64,000 nt of DNA, from NCBI RefSeq assembly GCF_004010195.1, contig NC_057718.1, positions 60,444,137 to 60,508,136 of the forward strand. The letters are read 5' to 3'. Positions 1 to 13,240 of the stretch are shown here, piece after piece; the first letter of the stretch is position 1; the number at the start of each line of letters is the position of its first letter. Source of the DNA: Chiloscyllium plagiosum (Eukaryota). Under the pieces are notes generated by a model. The model was not told the origin of the DNA. It saw nothing but the letters and a program-made list of their open reading frames with translations, and did not search any database. Position numbers and translations under genes: made by a program.

Positions 1-119
1 GAACAGGCAGGGAATGGAAGGATACAGGCTGTGTGATTAGTTTAGAATAGCATCGTGGTTGGCACAGACAGATTGGGCCGAAGGTCCTATTCCTGTGATG
101 TATTGTTCTAGATTCTATG
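1..119 (+). mobile_element. CR1 LINE 3' end (truncated by window edge)
   Basis: GGGCCGAAGG..CCT 3' motif and TTCTAGATTCTATG tail, similar to the other CR1 3' ends in the window. Confidence 0.7.
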
Positions 120-1160
120 AAAGGACCGGTTGCCTCTGAGCACTTGCATTAGTATGAAGACCAATGGATCTTTCTTTCATATCTGTGGACAAAAAGATCA
201 TTTGACAATGAAATACCACAGAATAGTGAAGTTGTATTATTGATTAAGAGCTGGTAAGTCTCACTGTTCTTCTACCTTAGTAATACAATGACATTTTGAG
301 TTTCTTGCCATGGTATTCGTAGATTTAGGACAAAGAGATGAATGAATTTGAGAGAAGAATGCAGAGTACCAATTCAGTTCTTCAAGAGACTCATACAAGA
401 ACAGTGAATCATTGATGAATATCTTTGCAGACAATCGTCCCTGCACTGAAAGATTTGCTGTTAAGACTGTTGAGACTCTGTATAAAAGGATAACATAAGA
501 TGAACTTTATCATTGAATGCTGTCATTTCTGACAGGCTAGGCAAGGTCGAACAATGTTCTTGATAAAAAGCGGAATGCATTCTCATGTTTCGGTATTGCT
601 GAAAGACTTTCTGGTATGTGCAGAGTTTATTGTACTCTGTGATCGTGTATGATATGCAAGAAGATCCCATCAGGCTTGCTCTCATTGTGGATGGTTGAAC
701 GATCATTGTGACTACCTTGTACAATTGAGGATATTGGCACTTCCAATGCATTTTTAGTAGCCACATGCAGTGAATCCTCATTAGCAATTTTTTGTAACAT
801 AATCTTATATTTCTAGGAGTACATAAAGAGTTTTGCTCATCCTGACCTGGAAGAATTTCAGAGGCATCTTTTTTTGCTGCATTAATGGATGAATGCCAGG
901 TACTGTAGAATTTTCATCTTGCAATGTCAAACTGCATCTGTTGGAGTTATCTTCTCTGGTTCATTCGCTGGGTGTGCCTCCTGTCAGTGGCTACTGTCTG
1001 ACTTATTATGCCAGGATCCCCCGATGGATAGATGCCTCCAAGGACTTCAGTGAAAACTGTATAGGCTGACAGTGCATAATGCAGGCATGAGATTGATTTT
1101 GCACGCTGCTGAATAGCAAGATGCCTTGTCTGAGGACTGCTAAGCAGCAAGACAAGCTTC

Positions 1161-1253
1161 TGGATCAGTGGTGCTGGAAGAGCACAGCAATTCAGGCAGC
1201 ATCCGACGAGCAGCAAAATCGACGTTTCGGGCAAAGGTCCTTCATCAGGAATA
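1161..1253 (-). mobile_element. Short PLE family A copy with hammerhead motif
   Basis: Reverse complement reads ATTC-CTGATGA-AGGACCTTTGCCC-GAAACGTC-GATT followed by the family A body; flanked by AAGCTTC repeats. Confidence 0.8.
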
Positions 1254-1434
1254 AAGCTTCCTGTTCATGTGTCTGTGCTAATTGGCATGGCAAGGCAAAA
1301 CCAGGCAAAGCAGGGATGCAGTGAGCAAGCAGGCAGACATTAGGTAAACAAGAACAAAGAGAAAATGTGAGCAGCTCTGATATACAACCTGGTCTAATTC
1401 TTCAGTTGAGTCCTTGTCTCTGAGTGCAACGAGA

Positions 1435-1920
1435 CATAGAGTCATTCAGCATAGAAACCTTGCGTCTATCCAGTCCATATCAATCATGATCCACTAATCC
1501 CACCTGCCTGCGCTCTGTCCATATCCCTCTAAACGTTTCTTATTCATGAATTTATTCAAATGTATTTCAAACGTTGTAACCGTACCTGCATCCACCATTT
1601 TCTCTGGCATGCACAAACCACTCCATGTAAAAACAAAGTCGCCCTTCATGTCTTTTTTAAATCTTTCGCTTCTCACCTTTAAAATATGCTCTCTCGGATT
1701 GAAGTCCCTGGCCATAAGGAAAAGACCCTTGTCATTCACTTTATCCATGTCCCTCATGATTTCATAAACCTCCCAAATGTCACCCTTCAACCTTCTGTGT
1801 TCTGGTTAAAAATGTCCCAGTCTCTCCAGTCCACGTTTGTATTTCAAATCCTCCAGTCCTGGTAACATCCTGGTTTTCTGAACCCTCTCCAGTTTAATAA
1901 TCTCCTTCCCATAACAGAAT
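1435..1920 (-). mobile_element. CR1 LINE 3' fragment
   Basis: ORF 1494-1790 (KGDIWEVYEIMRDMDKV...PEKMVDAGTVTTFEIHLNKFM) resembles the CR1 ORF2 C-terminus seen at 58531-59109. Confidence 0.85.
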
Positions 1921-2269
1921 CCTTGCAGCAACCCTTCAATGCTAATTGCCAGTGTGACCTCCTATGCAAATCTGTGCTTCCAGAGTACCCTACCCATGTA
2001 TTGGAGAAGTGCCACGATGGTCATGAAATGTTGGCATAATGCCAGATTCCAATGTCAGTGGATGAGGTCTAGGTGTGGCTGGGGCCTGTGGATGATGCCT
2101 TAAGATGCTTATTTGGTAGTTTGCAACACACAAGTCCTTCAGAGCAATAGCAAATTGAACTGTCATCCACTGTGAGATCACTTTGCTACACTTCTCATCC
2201 GATGCTGCCACAGTCTTGCCGTAGCCGACAACACTTAGTCCCTTACAAGATTCCATTCTATTGCACTTC

Positions 2270-2430
2270 ATATTGCTGTTTGTCGGGGATTGCTGTGTGT
2301 AAATGGGCTGTTGAATTTCCTACATTACAACAGTGACTATAATTCAAAAGTGTTTAATTGGCTGTAAAGCATTTTAGGACCATGTGCAACCATGAAATGT
2401 GCTATGTAAAAGCAAGTCTGTCTATCTTTC
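2270..2430 (+). mobile_element. Ancient DeuSINE/SacSINE1-like 3' part
   Basis: TTTCCTACATTACAACAGTGACTA..TTCAAAAG..ATTGGCTGTAAAGC motif recalled from Deu-SINE tails; a decayed minus-strand copy lies at about 23025-23140. Confidence 0.6.
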
Positions 2431-2819
2431 TATTCTACTCCCATAATTTAACATGAGCAATAAACTTTGGCCTGAACATTGGAGAGCACACTACCACCCT
2501 TGTTTGATATGGTTACATCCATCAAGAAATTATGATACTATGTGTAATTTCTTTATGGCTTTAATAATTTACAGTTCTATCTTTAAAGTTTTTGTATATC
2601 TAAATGATTATGTCTCTCTGCCCTTCATTTGCTTTAAGAACTTTTTACATTTATTTTACATTTTCTTGGACTGCTTTTGGTGAATCCCTCTAGGATTCAT
2701 ACCTCATATGGTTCCCCTTTCACAAGAAACATTGGGTGAAATGAACCTTTGTTGATATCCTGAAATCACATGAAGGATCTGCCATGGAATTTGGGCTTGT
2801 TAAGTGAGTTTGCAATAAG

Positions 2820-3910
2820 TTAACAGAAGGAATAGAATGTGGAAAATGGGAGGCTCCTCGCTTTGGTTGGTAGAATAGCAAAATAGGTGTTTTGCAAATG
2901 GTGAGAAACTATTAAATATTCAGACAAATTTGCATGTCCTTTTATGTGTAACACTGAAAATCAAAATACAGATAGAGTGCAATTAAGAAGTCAAATTGTA
3001 TTTTGGCCTTTATTACAAGGGTATTTGAATATAAGATTAAGGATTCTTACGGAATTCCTATAGACCTTAGTTACACCATCCCTGGAGAACTGCGGACTGA
3101 TTAGATTTGATTCCCTCCAGTGTGGAAACAAGCCCTTTGGCCCAGCAAGTCCGCACCGACCCTCCAAAGAGTAAGCCACCCAGACCCATTTCCCTCTGAC
3201 TAATGCACCTAACACTGTGGGCAATTTAGTACGGCTAATTCACCTGATCTGCACATCTTTAGACTGTGGGAGGAAACCGGAACACCTGGAGGAAACCCAC
3301 TCCGACACGGGGAGAATATGCAAACTCCACACAGACAGTCACCCAAGGCTGGAATTGAACCTGGGACCCTGGTGCTGTGAGGCAGCAGTGCTAATCACTG
3401 AGTCACCATGCCGCCCTATGGTCTCCTTACTTAAGGAAAGATATATTGCCATGGAGGAAGTGAAATGAAGGTTCGTTGAAGCGGTCCCTGAGATGAGAAA
3501 TCGTCCAATAGGAGTGATTGGCTAAAATATTCTCTGGAGCATTGGACAATGAGGTAGCTTGCTTGAAATGTGTAAGAATCTGGGAGGAAATGGTGGGGGT
3601 AGATCGTGAGAAGCTGGTTCCACAAGTAGGAGGGTCTTGAACTGGTCAGCATAGTCTCAAGATAAGAGGTGAGTTATTTAAGACTGAGCTGAGAGTTGTA
3701 AAATTCTGAACATCTCTAACCAGAGGACTGTGGATGCTCAGATATTGAAGGTATTCAAGGCTGAGATAGAAAGATTTGAACTCCAAGTGAATCAAGGAAA
3801 ATGGCATTCAGATGGAAAAGTAGAATTGAAGTTGAAGACCAATTATGACCTTGTTGAATATCTGGGCATAATTAAGGCCCATATGGCTCAGTCTTGTTCC
3901 TATTTTCTAT
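2820..3910 (+). mobile_element. Old CR1 3' fragment interrupted by an HE1 SINE
   Basis: Decayed ORF2 C-terminal coding sequence on both sides of the SINE, followed by a CR1-type 3' UTR. Confidence 0.7.
3099..3416 (-). mobile_element. HE1-type tRNA-derived SINE
   Basis: tRNA head with A box and GGTTC B box, GTGTGGAGTTTGCA core, CR1-like tail. Confidence 0.85.
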
Positions 3911-4574
3911 GTGGTTATGAAGTGAACAACCTGCAGCTTTTATACACAGCATTATATCTTCTTTTCCATTCAAGTTACTGTTTGTATTTTTGTATAACAT
4001 ACGAGCAGTTTATTTTCTTTGTTAATAAGTTAGCCCAAGTTTTAGATAATGAGGTCTCTTGCAGTGTGCCCTGTTTTAATGCTTCCTTGTGCACTTTTAG
4101 ATTTTGATATTTTGTGCTCACAATTACGCAGGAAATGCAAGTAGATGATGGCAAAATGAATAAATAGGATCAATAGGAACAACAGGACAAACAACATAAA
4201 TAACATTCTAAAGGTGATGTGCTGATGAATACACCTGAACATAAAAGAACACCAATGTGTTTTATTGGTTCTATTGCATTTGCTTTAGGGATGGGCAACA
4301 AGTGCTGACAATAAATCCCCTGAATGATTAAATGGAAGTGCTATTCTTTAATATTCCCCTTTTGCTGTTAGCTGAGATGGAGGCAGTCTACTGATCTTGC
4401 TATCCCACAATATGACACAACCTGGATGGCCACCCACCTTGGTCCTGGGGTACCCCAGCATGCCAAGGTCTGGCTGCCTATCTTTCCTTCAGTTCTTGTT
4501 TCTGAGGGTTGGACCCTTTGGATTGGTAAAAGCTGCAAGGCAAAGTATTGCAGTGGTTTGCTGTTAGCATGACT

Positions 4575-5300
4575 GATATCATAGAGTCCACCACCTTCTC
4601 AGGTGGTTCATTCCACACATGAACCACTCTCTGTGTAAAACAAAATTGCCCCCAAGTCCTTTTCAAATCTTTCTTCTCTCACCTTAACAATATGCCGCCT
4701 AGTCTTGAAATCCCCTATCATGGGAAATGACACCTGTCATTCACCTTATCTGTACCCCTCATGATTTTATAAATATCTATAAGGTCTCCCCCTTAACCTC
4801 CTAAGCTCCAGTGAAAATAAGTCCCAGCCTACTTTAATGTCTCAAACTCCCCATTTCCCATAACTTCCTGGTAAATCTCTTCTGAGCCCTTTCCAGCTTA
4901 ATAATATCCTTCCTATGACAGGGCAACCTGATCAGGGCACATTAGTCCAAAAGAGACCTCATCAATATCCTGTACAACCTCAATGTGACATCTCAACTCA
5001 TATACAGAAAGGCCTGAACATTGATGACAAGTGTGATCTGGACATTCTTCCACTCTTAATATAGTACATGCCATCAGGCACATTGCAAGGATTTACAGGC
5101 TTGTAAGCAACCTGTGTGGCCACTTTGCAAATACACTGTCCATGGCCAACAATTCCTGATGGGGGACTCGAACCTGAAGCTTCTGGCTCAGCTCTAGGAC
5201 CACCTTTTACACAAAAGTCTAAATCACTAACATATGTCAGGAAGTACAAGGGTTCCAACACTGACCCCGAGGAACTCCACTACGAAACAACACCAGTCTG
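4575..5300 (-). mobile_element. CR1 fragments (with a short tRNA-SINE-like piece at about 5040-5200)
   Basis: FTQRVVHVWNEPPEKVV peptide; GVPQGSVLEPL RT motif near 5250-5280. Confidence 0.7.
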
Positions 5301-5982
5301 AAAAATACCCATTAACTGTTACTTATGCTGGAGGACAAAGTAGATTAGTTTATCTGATAATTGCAGATCAGTGTTATGAAGTAGATCATGCTGTGAAAAA
5401 TTTCTTGAGTGTGCATGTTAGGGCAGAATTACAGACACATCGTTCACACTTGAGTTATTGAATTGTCTGTGTAATTCCACTAAAGGTCACATTGTGACGT
5501 ATGTGTGTTAAATTTCCTCTGTGCGACCAAATATAAACCAAAAATTAACTTGTCATGAAGAAATTCTGTCATTTCCAAAATGGAAGAAAGCAGCCAAGGC
5601 ATGTATTTTGACCACATTATTTTATGTACAAATATTCTATTCTCAGTCAATTGACAGATAGAGAAAAGCTCATTCCACCAAAAGCCCTAATTAAAGGCCC
5701 AATGGAAACAATTTCAAGCAAAGATTTTGAGTTAGAATTGGTAAACTCTTGAGGAAATTTGTGCATTCTTGAGCTCACAGTGTGATATTGAGCTGCAAAA
5801 ATTAAACAGCATGTTTTAGTTTTATCTCTGAGCTGCACTGATTTAGTTGATCTTCAAAGCCACAGCAAAAGATTGGTACTGTAATTGACTACAACGTTCC
5901 CAAAATGGAGAAGGTGGAAGCTCAATATTGTTGTCTAAGACCTTTGCTGGATGAAATATCAAATGAGGACAGGATTGAGATC

Positions 5983-6095
5983 TCCAGACAGGCACTCCGA
6001 AAGCTAGTGCTTCCAATTAAACCTTTTGGACTATAACCTGGTGTTGTGTGATTTTTAACTTTGTATACCCTAGTCCACCACCGGCATCTTCAAAT
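5983..6095 (+). mobile_element. Short PLE family B copy (3' half of hammerhead plus tail)
   Basis: CTCCGAAAGCTAGTG...CCGGCATCTTCAAAT; TSD CAGGATTGAGATC at 5970-5982 and 6096-6108. Confidence 0.85.
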
Positions 6096-8003
6096 CAGGA
6101 TTGAGATCCACTATGGTGCTGCCCATTGTATGACAATGGACCCTCATTCCCAACCTGCCTCCCTTGTGAAGTACAGATGTCTGAATGGGATACCAAAAAC
6201 TCATCAACAGGATACCAAAAGACATCATGTTATTGTCCCCACAGCAATGTCGCATTATGAGGAAGGAAAATAATTGAGAGGAATACAGGCTATTGTAGCT
6301 AATGATCCAGCAGTACATTTTTTTTTTGCATTATGGGCAACACAATGTGAATCCATTGTCAATTCTATGGGTCTGACAACTGGCATTGTGCGAAGTGCTG
6401 ATTAGCAATTCAGCAGCAACATACGGCAAATCTAGTCCTAAATTCACAGCAAGAGCCCTGTGAAGTTAATGCCAAATTTACTCTAAGAAAATCCATTTGA
6501 TTTTTAATCCAGCATAATGTTTAGCTGTGATAGGAGTAAAATCTGCAAAGAACACTGAGTAGCTATGCTTTAAGCCTTGATTGACAGCTTTATTCTGGAT
6601 TTTAATCTATTCTGAATTAAATACATTGAATAAATTGTTCAAATTTAGTTTACTTTTCTATTGCATGAAAAGGCAATGTCTATATCCCAATGCAGAATTT
6701 AAATCAACTGCAGAAATGAAATGATTTGAGTAAGTCTCATGTAAACAGTCTGATTTGACTCTGTTCGCATCTGTCCTATTCTGCAAATAATACAAGCATC
6801 AAACTGTAATTTGACGCTGTTCTGTGTGCATTCTGGTGCTGGGAGAAGGTGCTGCACTACAATGTGAAAGCTAAGAGATTGAATTCAATTCAGATCAATA
6901 TAATCAGAATTGAATTTGATCTCCCTTCTCCCATTGTAAAACAACTATTACTCAACAAGAGTCAGAACAGCTTTTAATATTCTACATTCGGTATTCCAGT
7001 CAACAAAGGTGCTCCAAACGCTTTAACAACAGTGCAGAAATGTCTGTTGCAGTCTTCAAATACAGCCGTAATTAACTTTGAAAGAATTAGACAATACAGA
7101 TAATCCTATAATAAACTTCTAATTTACAATTCTTCCTGCATACTTGTAAAATTTCTACTGCAAATATTGCCACCCTCCAGTTTCCTGTTTCATTTTTTTT
7201 TATTTACAATTACCAAGGTGGATGAGGTATTCATGCTGAAGCAGTAGGGGAACCATAATTTATACTTAATGATTAAATGGTTTATAACCAAAGTCTTTGA
7301 ATGTGCAAGTTAACTGTGTAAGCCGCAGAAATGATTTATGTCCCAGACAAATTAAACGAATACTTATCAATGACAAGCAGTACATAAAATACTTAATTTA
7401 GTAACCTGCACATTCTCCTGAACCTTACTTGTTCAAAAGAGAATATGACTAAGCATTTGAAAAAGATCAAACTGGCAACGTATCACATGGTATAATCCTG
7501 TACCTAATAACTACCCCAGGAATATTCCAAATCAACACAAGTTGCCTGGATTCAAAGGAAATCATTGCAAGTATTTTGAGTAACATTACTATATTTATGG
7601 AGTTGGTTGTTGTGATTTGAAGCAAAACATAAGTAAGAATAACAGTTTAGAACTGTAACATTGAGTATTTCTGGATACATGAAATTTTCAGTAGGTGCAG
7701 GAATCAATTAATAAAGCAAAGAAACAACAAACTGGTTCTGTGCTTTGGTATACAATGACAGTGGTAGAGCAGTGAGATTGGAGGGATAGCAATTTGCTGT
7801 GACTGTAATCTGTGCTTTGGACAGATTTTTCTATCGTATTGACAGAGGCTACATCTTTTTGTGTTGCGCTAAGTTGACATAAGATTTAAAAATCTAACCT
7901 ATTAACAGCTAAGAAAGAAGTACACTTGCCAAAGAGTTAAAAACTGACAAGTGCAATAAAGGCGATGGCCTCACTGTTTAACCTCTCACCGTTGATTATT
8001 TTA

Positions 8004-8197
8004 AAAATCACACAACACCAGGTTATAGTCCAACAGGTTTAATTGGAAGCACACTAGCTTTCGGAGCGACAATCACCTGATGAAGGAGCGTCGCTCCGAA
8101 AGCTAGTGTGCTTCCATTTAAACCTGTTGGACTATAATCTGGTGTTGTGTGATTTTTAACTTTGTACACCCCAGTCCAACACCGGCATCTCCGAATC
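8004..8197. mobile_element. PLE family B fold-back (inverted-repeat) insertion
   Basis: Inverted arms of about 70 bp; TSD TTGATTATTTTA at 7992-8003 and 8198-8209. Confidence 0.9.
8074..8108 (+). ncRNA. Minimal type-I hammerhead ribozyme motif (family B)
   Basis: CAC-CUGAUGA-A-GGAGC(GUC)GCUCC-GAA-AGCU-A-GUG: full core, 5-bp stem II, stem I CAC/GUG. Confidence 0.8.
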
Positions 8198-9299
8198 TTG
8201 ATTATTTTAGTTTATTTTGATGCCAGAAAAAAACTTGCTTTGTGAGTGAAGCCATATATTCAAGATTACTCAGCCTCTGATAGTGAATGCTTTGTCTAGT
8301 TTTAATTCTGTGAGTACTCTAATCAAAACACTGTCCAAAAACCTACTCGTTGCTCATTCTGCATTATTTGTTTTCAATGAAGAAGTAACAGTAATGCAGT
8401 AAAAAAGGCTTTTTTGGTGCAAACCATACTTGGAATTTGCATATCTCAAGTGCAATGAAATAGGGGCAATGCAAGTGCATCTAGGTTGGAGGTTCAAGAG
8501 AAGAAATTGAAGCATTAATGCTGTCTCATTTCTTGTGGCCAACCATTGGCTCCAGCTTGAAAGGATCCAGATATGAAAATCAGCTGTAAATATATGCTTG
8601 GCCAAGATGTCCCAAATGGTTGAACAGTCTACAGAATGGACAACTTCATGAGGTATTGAGGACTGTCAGTCCCCTTGCAATCAGAAACAAAGAAGTTAAA
8701 TTAGATGAAAGGAATGGAACGTATGTATCTGACTATAATATGTTATGGTTGCTTTATATTTGATAGTTTTTGTGAACTTGAGTTTGAAGGATTGTGGATA
8801 CCTGTTTCTTTTTTAAATGTGGTCAATAAAGGTGCAGTTGAGGTATTTTTAATAAACTCATAAAAGATAAAAAAAAAGTTGATTTTTAACAAAGCATTTA
8901 AATCAAATATCGAGAAAGCAAAATATTGGGCATATCTGGAGCTGGCTAAGATAAATAAATTTATGTGTGGCTTGTGGAGTAGTGCATGTCGAGAAAGATG
9001 GTGTATTCCTCTTCCATCGTTATCATAACAAATAGAGGATGCATTGGACAAAATATTCGAGAACTCTCTGGATTCTGTAAGGGTTTTGTTGGATTAGAAC
9101 CACATTATGTGATAGCCTGTTCAAGAGGTGATGGAGAAAGAAAGTAAGAAACTATAGTCCAGTTAGCTTTACATCTGTCATTGGGAAAGGCTAGGATCCA
9201 TTCCTAAGGAAGAAAAAGCAGGACATTTATAAAAGCTGAACATAATCAGAGACAACATGGTTTTGTGAAAACGAAAAATGTTGAGAAGATGATTCCACA

Positions 9300-9600
9300 T
9301 TGCAGTAAACTGCTACCTCACAGCGGCAGGGACTTGGGTTTGATTCCACGCTCTGTGACTATCGGTGTAGAATTTACATGATCTTCACATGTTTGCATGG
9401 GCTTCCTCTGGGTGATGTTTCCTTCCACAATCCAAGGATTTGCAGTGTAAGTGGATTGGTCATGGAAAACATGGGATTATGGGGGTAGGGCTAGGGGGTG
9501 GTGGTGAGGGATGTGGGTTCTGGGTATGAACACTCTTTGGGGGTGGGGGGGGATCTGTGTGGAATTGATGTACCGAATGGTCTGCTTACAGACTATATGA
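9300..9600 (+). mobile_element. Decayed HE1-type SINE (preceded by a CR1 RT fragment at about 9100-9290)
   Basis: CTGCTACCTCACAGCGGCAGGGACTTGGGTTTGATTCC head and SINE body. Confidence 0.7.
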
Positions 9601-10311
9601 TGACTTGGCTAAAGGACTGATTGGCCTAGTTCACAAAGATCATGGACTAAATCTACCTTGGCTCCCGAGGACAATTCAAATTGGTCACACATGCTCAGGA
9701 GTCTGCACGTTCACAGTGGATCTGAGCAGAAAACAGCAATGTCATTCATGTACAGAGAGGTTTTGACCTGCAGGCCTCTTCTGCCTGGAATAGTCACCCC
9801 TCTCAGGCTCACATCCTTTGTGACTGCCTTGGCAAAAGCCTCTATACGAACATGCAGACAAAGCAGGAGAGAGTGTGCAGTCCTGCCGAACTCCAGGTCT
9901 GATCAGGGAGCTTCCTGTTGATTGAGGCTGCACGAATGATGTTGGTATAGGGCAGTTGGTCAAATTGTAGATTCCCTCCCAAAAGCCGATTTTGGAGAGC
10001 ATGCCTCTCATGTAGGTTTGTAACATCCTGTCAAAGGCTTACTCCTGGTCCATGATGATGAGGCAAGCATCCATTCCCCCTGTCCTGCATGTAGGCGATC
10101 CAATCACTGAGGCTGTCAGAGATCATCTGCCTGCTACAGGGTAGGTTTAGTCGGGGTGAATCAGCAATCCCAGAGCAGACCTGACCTGGTTGGCTATGAC
10201 CTTAGATCAGACTTTGTAACCTACATTCAGTGAAATTGGTTACAAATTTTTAACTTCCTTCCTATCTTCATTCTGCTTGTAGATGAGGATGATGATACCT
10301 TTCCTCATGGA

Positions 10312-11125
10312 GTTAAAAATCACACAACACCAGATTATAGTCCAGCAGATTTATTTGGAAGCACTAGCTTTCAGAGCACTGCTCCTTCATCAGGTGGTTG
10401 TGGAGTGTAAGATCCTAAGACACAGAATTTATAGAAAAAACATTTACAGTGTGATGTACCTGAAATTATATATTGAAAAAGACCTGGTTTGAATTTGTAC
10501 TTGCAGAATTGCATTGTACTTTGCTCAAAAACTGCATGAATCCATGTAAGATTCTGTAAATCTATTTTCTAGATTAGAATCAGTCTGACCATTGGGGCAC
10601 AGACAGCCTCACGCAGGGCAGCTCACACCTTAAATGCATTTTCTGGGATGACATGACACCAATTGTTAAAGTTCACTTGAGAATGTAACTTTTAAATGTT
10701 CTGCGATCTACATATGAAATAACTGAAACCAACGTCTTCATTCTAAAAGATGAAAGATTTAACAAACAATCCAGGTCTTTTTCAATATATAATTTCAGTT
10801 ACATCACACTGTAAACTTCTTTCTATAAATTCTGTGTCTTAGGATCTTATACTCAACACCTGATGAAGGAGCAGCAGTCTGAAAGCTAGTGCTTCCAAAT
10901 AAACCTGCTGGATTATAACCTGGTGTTGTGTGATTCCTTATTCCTGATGAAGGGTTTTTGCCCGAAACATCGATTTCAAAGCTCATTGGATGCTGCCTGA
11001 ACTGCTGTGCTCTTCCAGCACCACTAATCCAGAATCTGGTTTCCAGCATCTGCAGTCATTGTTTTTACCTACCTGATTCTTAACTTTGTACACCCCAGTC
11101 CAACACTGGCATCTCTAAATCATTG
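10312..11125. mobile_element. PLE family B fold-back insertion within the Tx1 LINE
   Basis: Inverted arms at about 10312-10490 and 10770-11120; TSD CCTCATGGA at 10303-10311 and 11126-11134. Confidence 0.85.
10941..11073 (+). mobile_element. PLE family A copy nested in the family B arm
   Basis: TTC-CTGATGA-AGGGTTTTTGCCC-GAAACATC; flanked by TGATTC(C)TTA duplication. Confidence 0.85.
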
Positions 11126-11865
11126 CCTCATGGAATCGCACATGCTACCTGCCAGAAGTGTACATCATATACCTCCAGTAGGTCCTGACCACTCAAGTCG
11201 CAAAGACGTAAATAATACTTGGCCAGTAAGCCGTTGCTTCCAGGAGGACCATGGTTTGATCATCAAGAGATAGCAGCTGGTCTAGCCTCTCTTGCGTGCT
11301 GTTGTCTGGCCCTCCGTGATAGAAGACAGGAATGATTGGAAGGCTGCCCTGTCTGAGGACTTTGTGCCATACAGTCTGGTATAAAAGGGTTTGCTGATCC
11401 TCAGGATGTCATTCTGCGATGATGTTACTGAGCCTCGTTTTTCCTCAGGCTGCTGAACACAGAGCTCTCCCTGTGCACCTTCTGGAAGAAGAAGCATGAG
11501 CACGTCTCATCCTGCTCCAACTCGGAGGCCTCCGAGGCAGAGGGCGAGGCTTGCTGGCTCCTCACCTCCTGGAGATCCTCTGTGACATCAACCCCCATCG
11601 TCTGCAGCAGATGTAGGTTCTGCATGCTTTTCTGGAGTTTGGTCAGTTTTCCCAATCTCCTCCCTTACCTTCCGAACACCTTTGAGCATAAGGAACCACT
11701 TGATGTTCCCCTTGACTGTTTCCCACCAGTCTGCTTGAGATTCAAAGAAGGCCTTCATGGTTCTCCAACCTGTGTAATCCCTTTTGAGCTCCTCAATGTT
11801 TTGTGGGTTCAACAGTTTCATGTTCAGCTTGCACATTCTCTTGCCAAATCACTGGACATTCTGTA

Positions 11866-11996
11866 GGTGACAGTGAGGACTGCAGATGATGGAGATTAGA
11901 GTTGAGAGTGTGGTGCTGGAAAAACACAGCAGGTCAGACAGCATCTGAGAAACAGGAAAATCAATGTCTCAGGCAAAAGCCCTTCATCAGGAATGA
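11866..11996 (-). mobile_element. PLE family A copy within the Tx1 LINE
   Basis: GAGGACTGCAGATG..GGAAAAACACAGCAGGTCAG..GCCCTTCATCAGGAAT. Confidence 0.8.
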
Positions 11997-12904
11997 ATCA
12001 ATGACAGTCAGCCAGCAGGAGGCAGTTGTCAGAGAAGAACACTGGATTGCCATTGGTGGATCTCAGGGCACAAACAGGAAATCTATCCTTGAGCGGATAG
12101 ACCCGTCTGGCCATGACCAAGTGTATCTACACTGCATTCCATCTGCAAGCATGCTGAAAGTGTCATGCAGCCTGGCAAGGTTATCCATTTCCATCGGGAA
12201 TCTGGACATGGCGTCCGGTTTGCTCTGAGCCCGTCCAGATTGTCCATCCATATCAATGATGCAGTCGGAGTCTCTGGCCAGAATGACCAGCTTGGAAGTC
12301 GCCAGTAGCAGTGGGAGCTACTGTAAGCTGGTCAGCCGCTCATTCTTTACCTCTGGGGCATACATGGTGTCAGGGGAGTGTGTCTGCACATAACATCTAC
12401 TACAAGGACAAGACTGCCATCCACCTACTTAACTTCAGAGATGATAGAGTTGCCTCCTCACAGCAGAATACCCTAGCCAAAGGAACGGCGATCAGTTGCC
12501 TGACTCCTGCCCCGTGCCATGAGAATGTGGTGAGGTTGTTGCATGTCTGACATGAAATTCTGTGGACAGGGTGCAGTGGGGTTGTGGGCACCACATCTTG
12601 AGCATAACCTAAGGTGTTGGTCACTGCTGTCCAAGATAGTTGCCCAGAGGTGCAAATGAGGTGAGTCCGGTACCTGATACCTGGTACGAGCTACCTGCTG
12701 TGACTTTCATGTCAGCACTTGTTGCCATTGAGTTTCTCTCTGTTGTGTGCGAGAATCGGAAACTGAACATAAATGAGGTGAGATATTGCACAAATTACAT
12801 GTAATTGTATGCAAATCAACTTATTGCGGCTCATTAGTGAAATTCTCATCTTGCTGTTCAAATCGCAATTGTAAGAACTGACTTCTTTTTCTCGATGTTG
12901 CGAA

Positions 12905-13240
12905 TGCGACAGGGGATATGCAGAAAGGTTGTTTCCCCTTGTTAGACAGTCTATGACTTGAAGGTTCAAGTTCCAATCAATGGGGCACAAATATAAGACC
13001 AAGATAAAGAGGAATGCCTTTTTTCAGAGGGCTGAGAATCTACGGAATTCTTTACCACAGAGGGATATCAATGCTCAGGGAAGCAGATGTTTTAATCAAT
13101 AAGGGAATCAAGGATGGAGGGGATAAGGCAGGAAAGTGAAGCTGAGATTTTCAGATGAGCCATGATCTCGTTGAATGGTGGAGCAGATTCGATGGGCCAA
13201 TAGAACTATTTCTGCTCCTACATCATGTGGTCTTATGGCT
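12905..13240 (+). mobile_element. Old CR1 3' end
   Basis: GCCATGATCTCGTTGAATGGTGGAGCAG 3' UTR and TCTTATG tail. Confidence 0.75.

Larger units (their letters stand above)
9659..12380 (-). mobile_element. Decayed Tx1/L1-clade LINE ORF2 (endonuclease and RT), with PLE insertions inside
   Basis: Peptides YTWSWPDGSIRSRIDFLFV (AP endonuclease), WWETVKGNIKWF and GVRQDCTLSPAL (RT GVRQGCPLSP motif); multiple frameshifts. Confidence 0.85.

Noticed and set aside
130..800. ORFs of 61 and 108 aa on the minus strand
   Set aside because: No recognisable domain; the plus strand faintly resembles an ancient RTE/L2-type RT, too weak to call.
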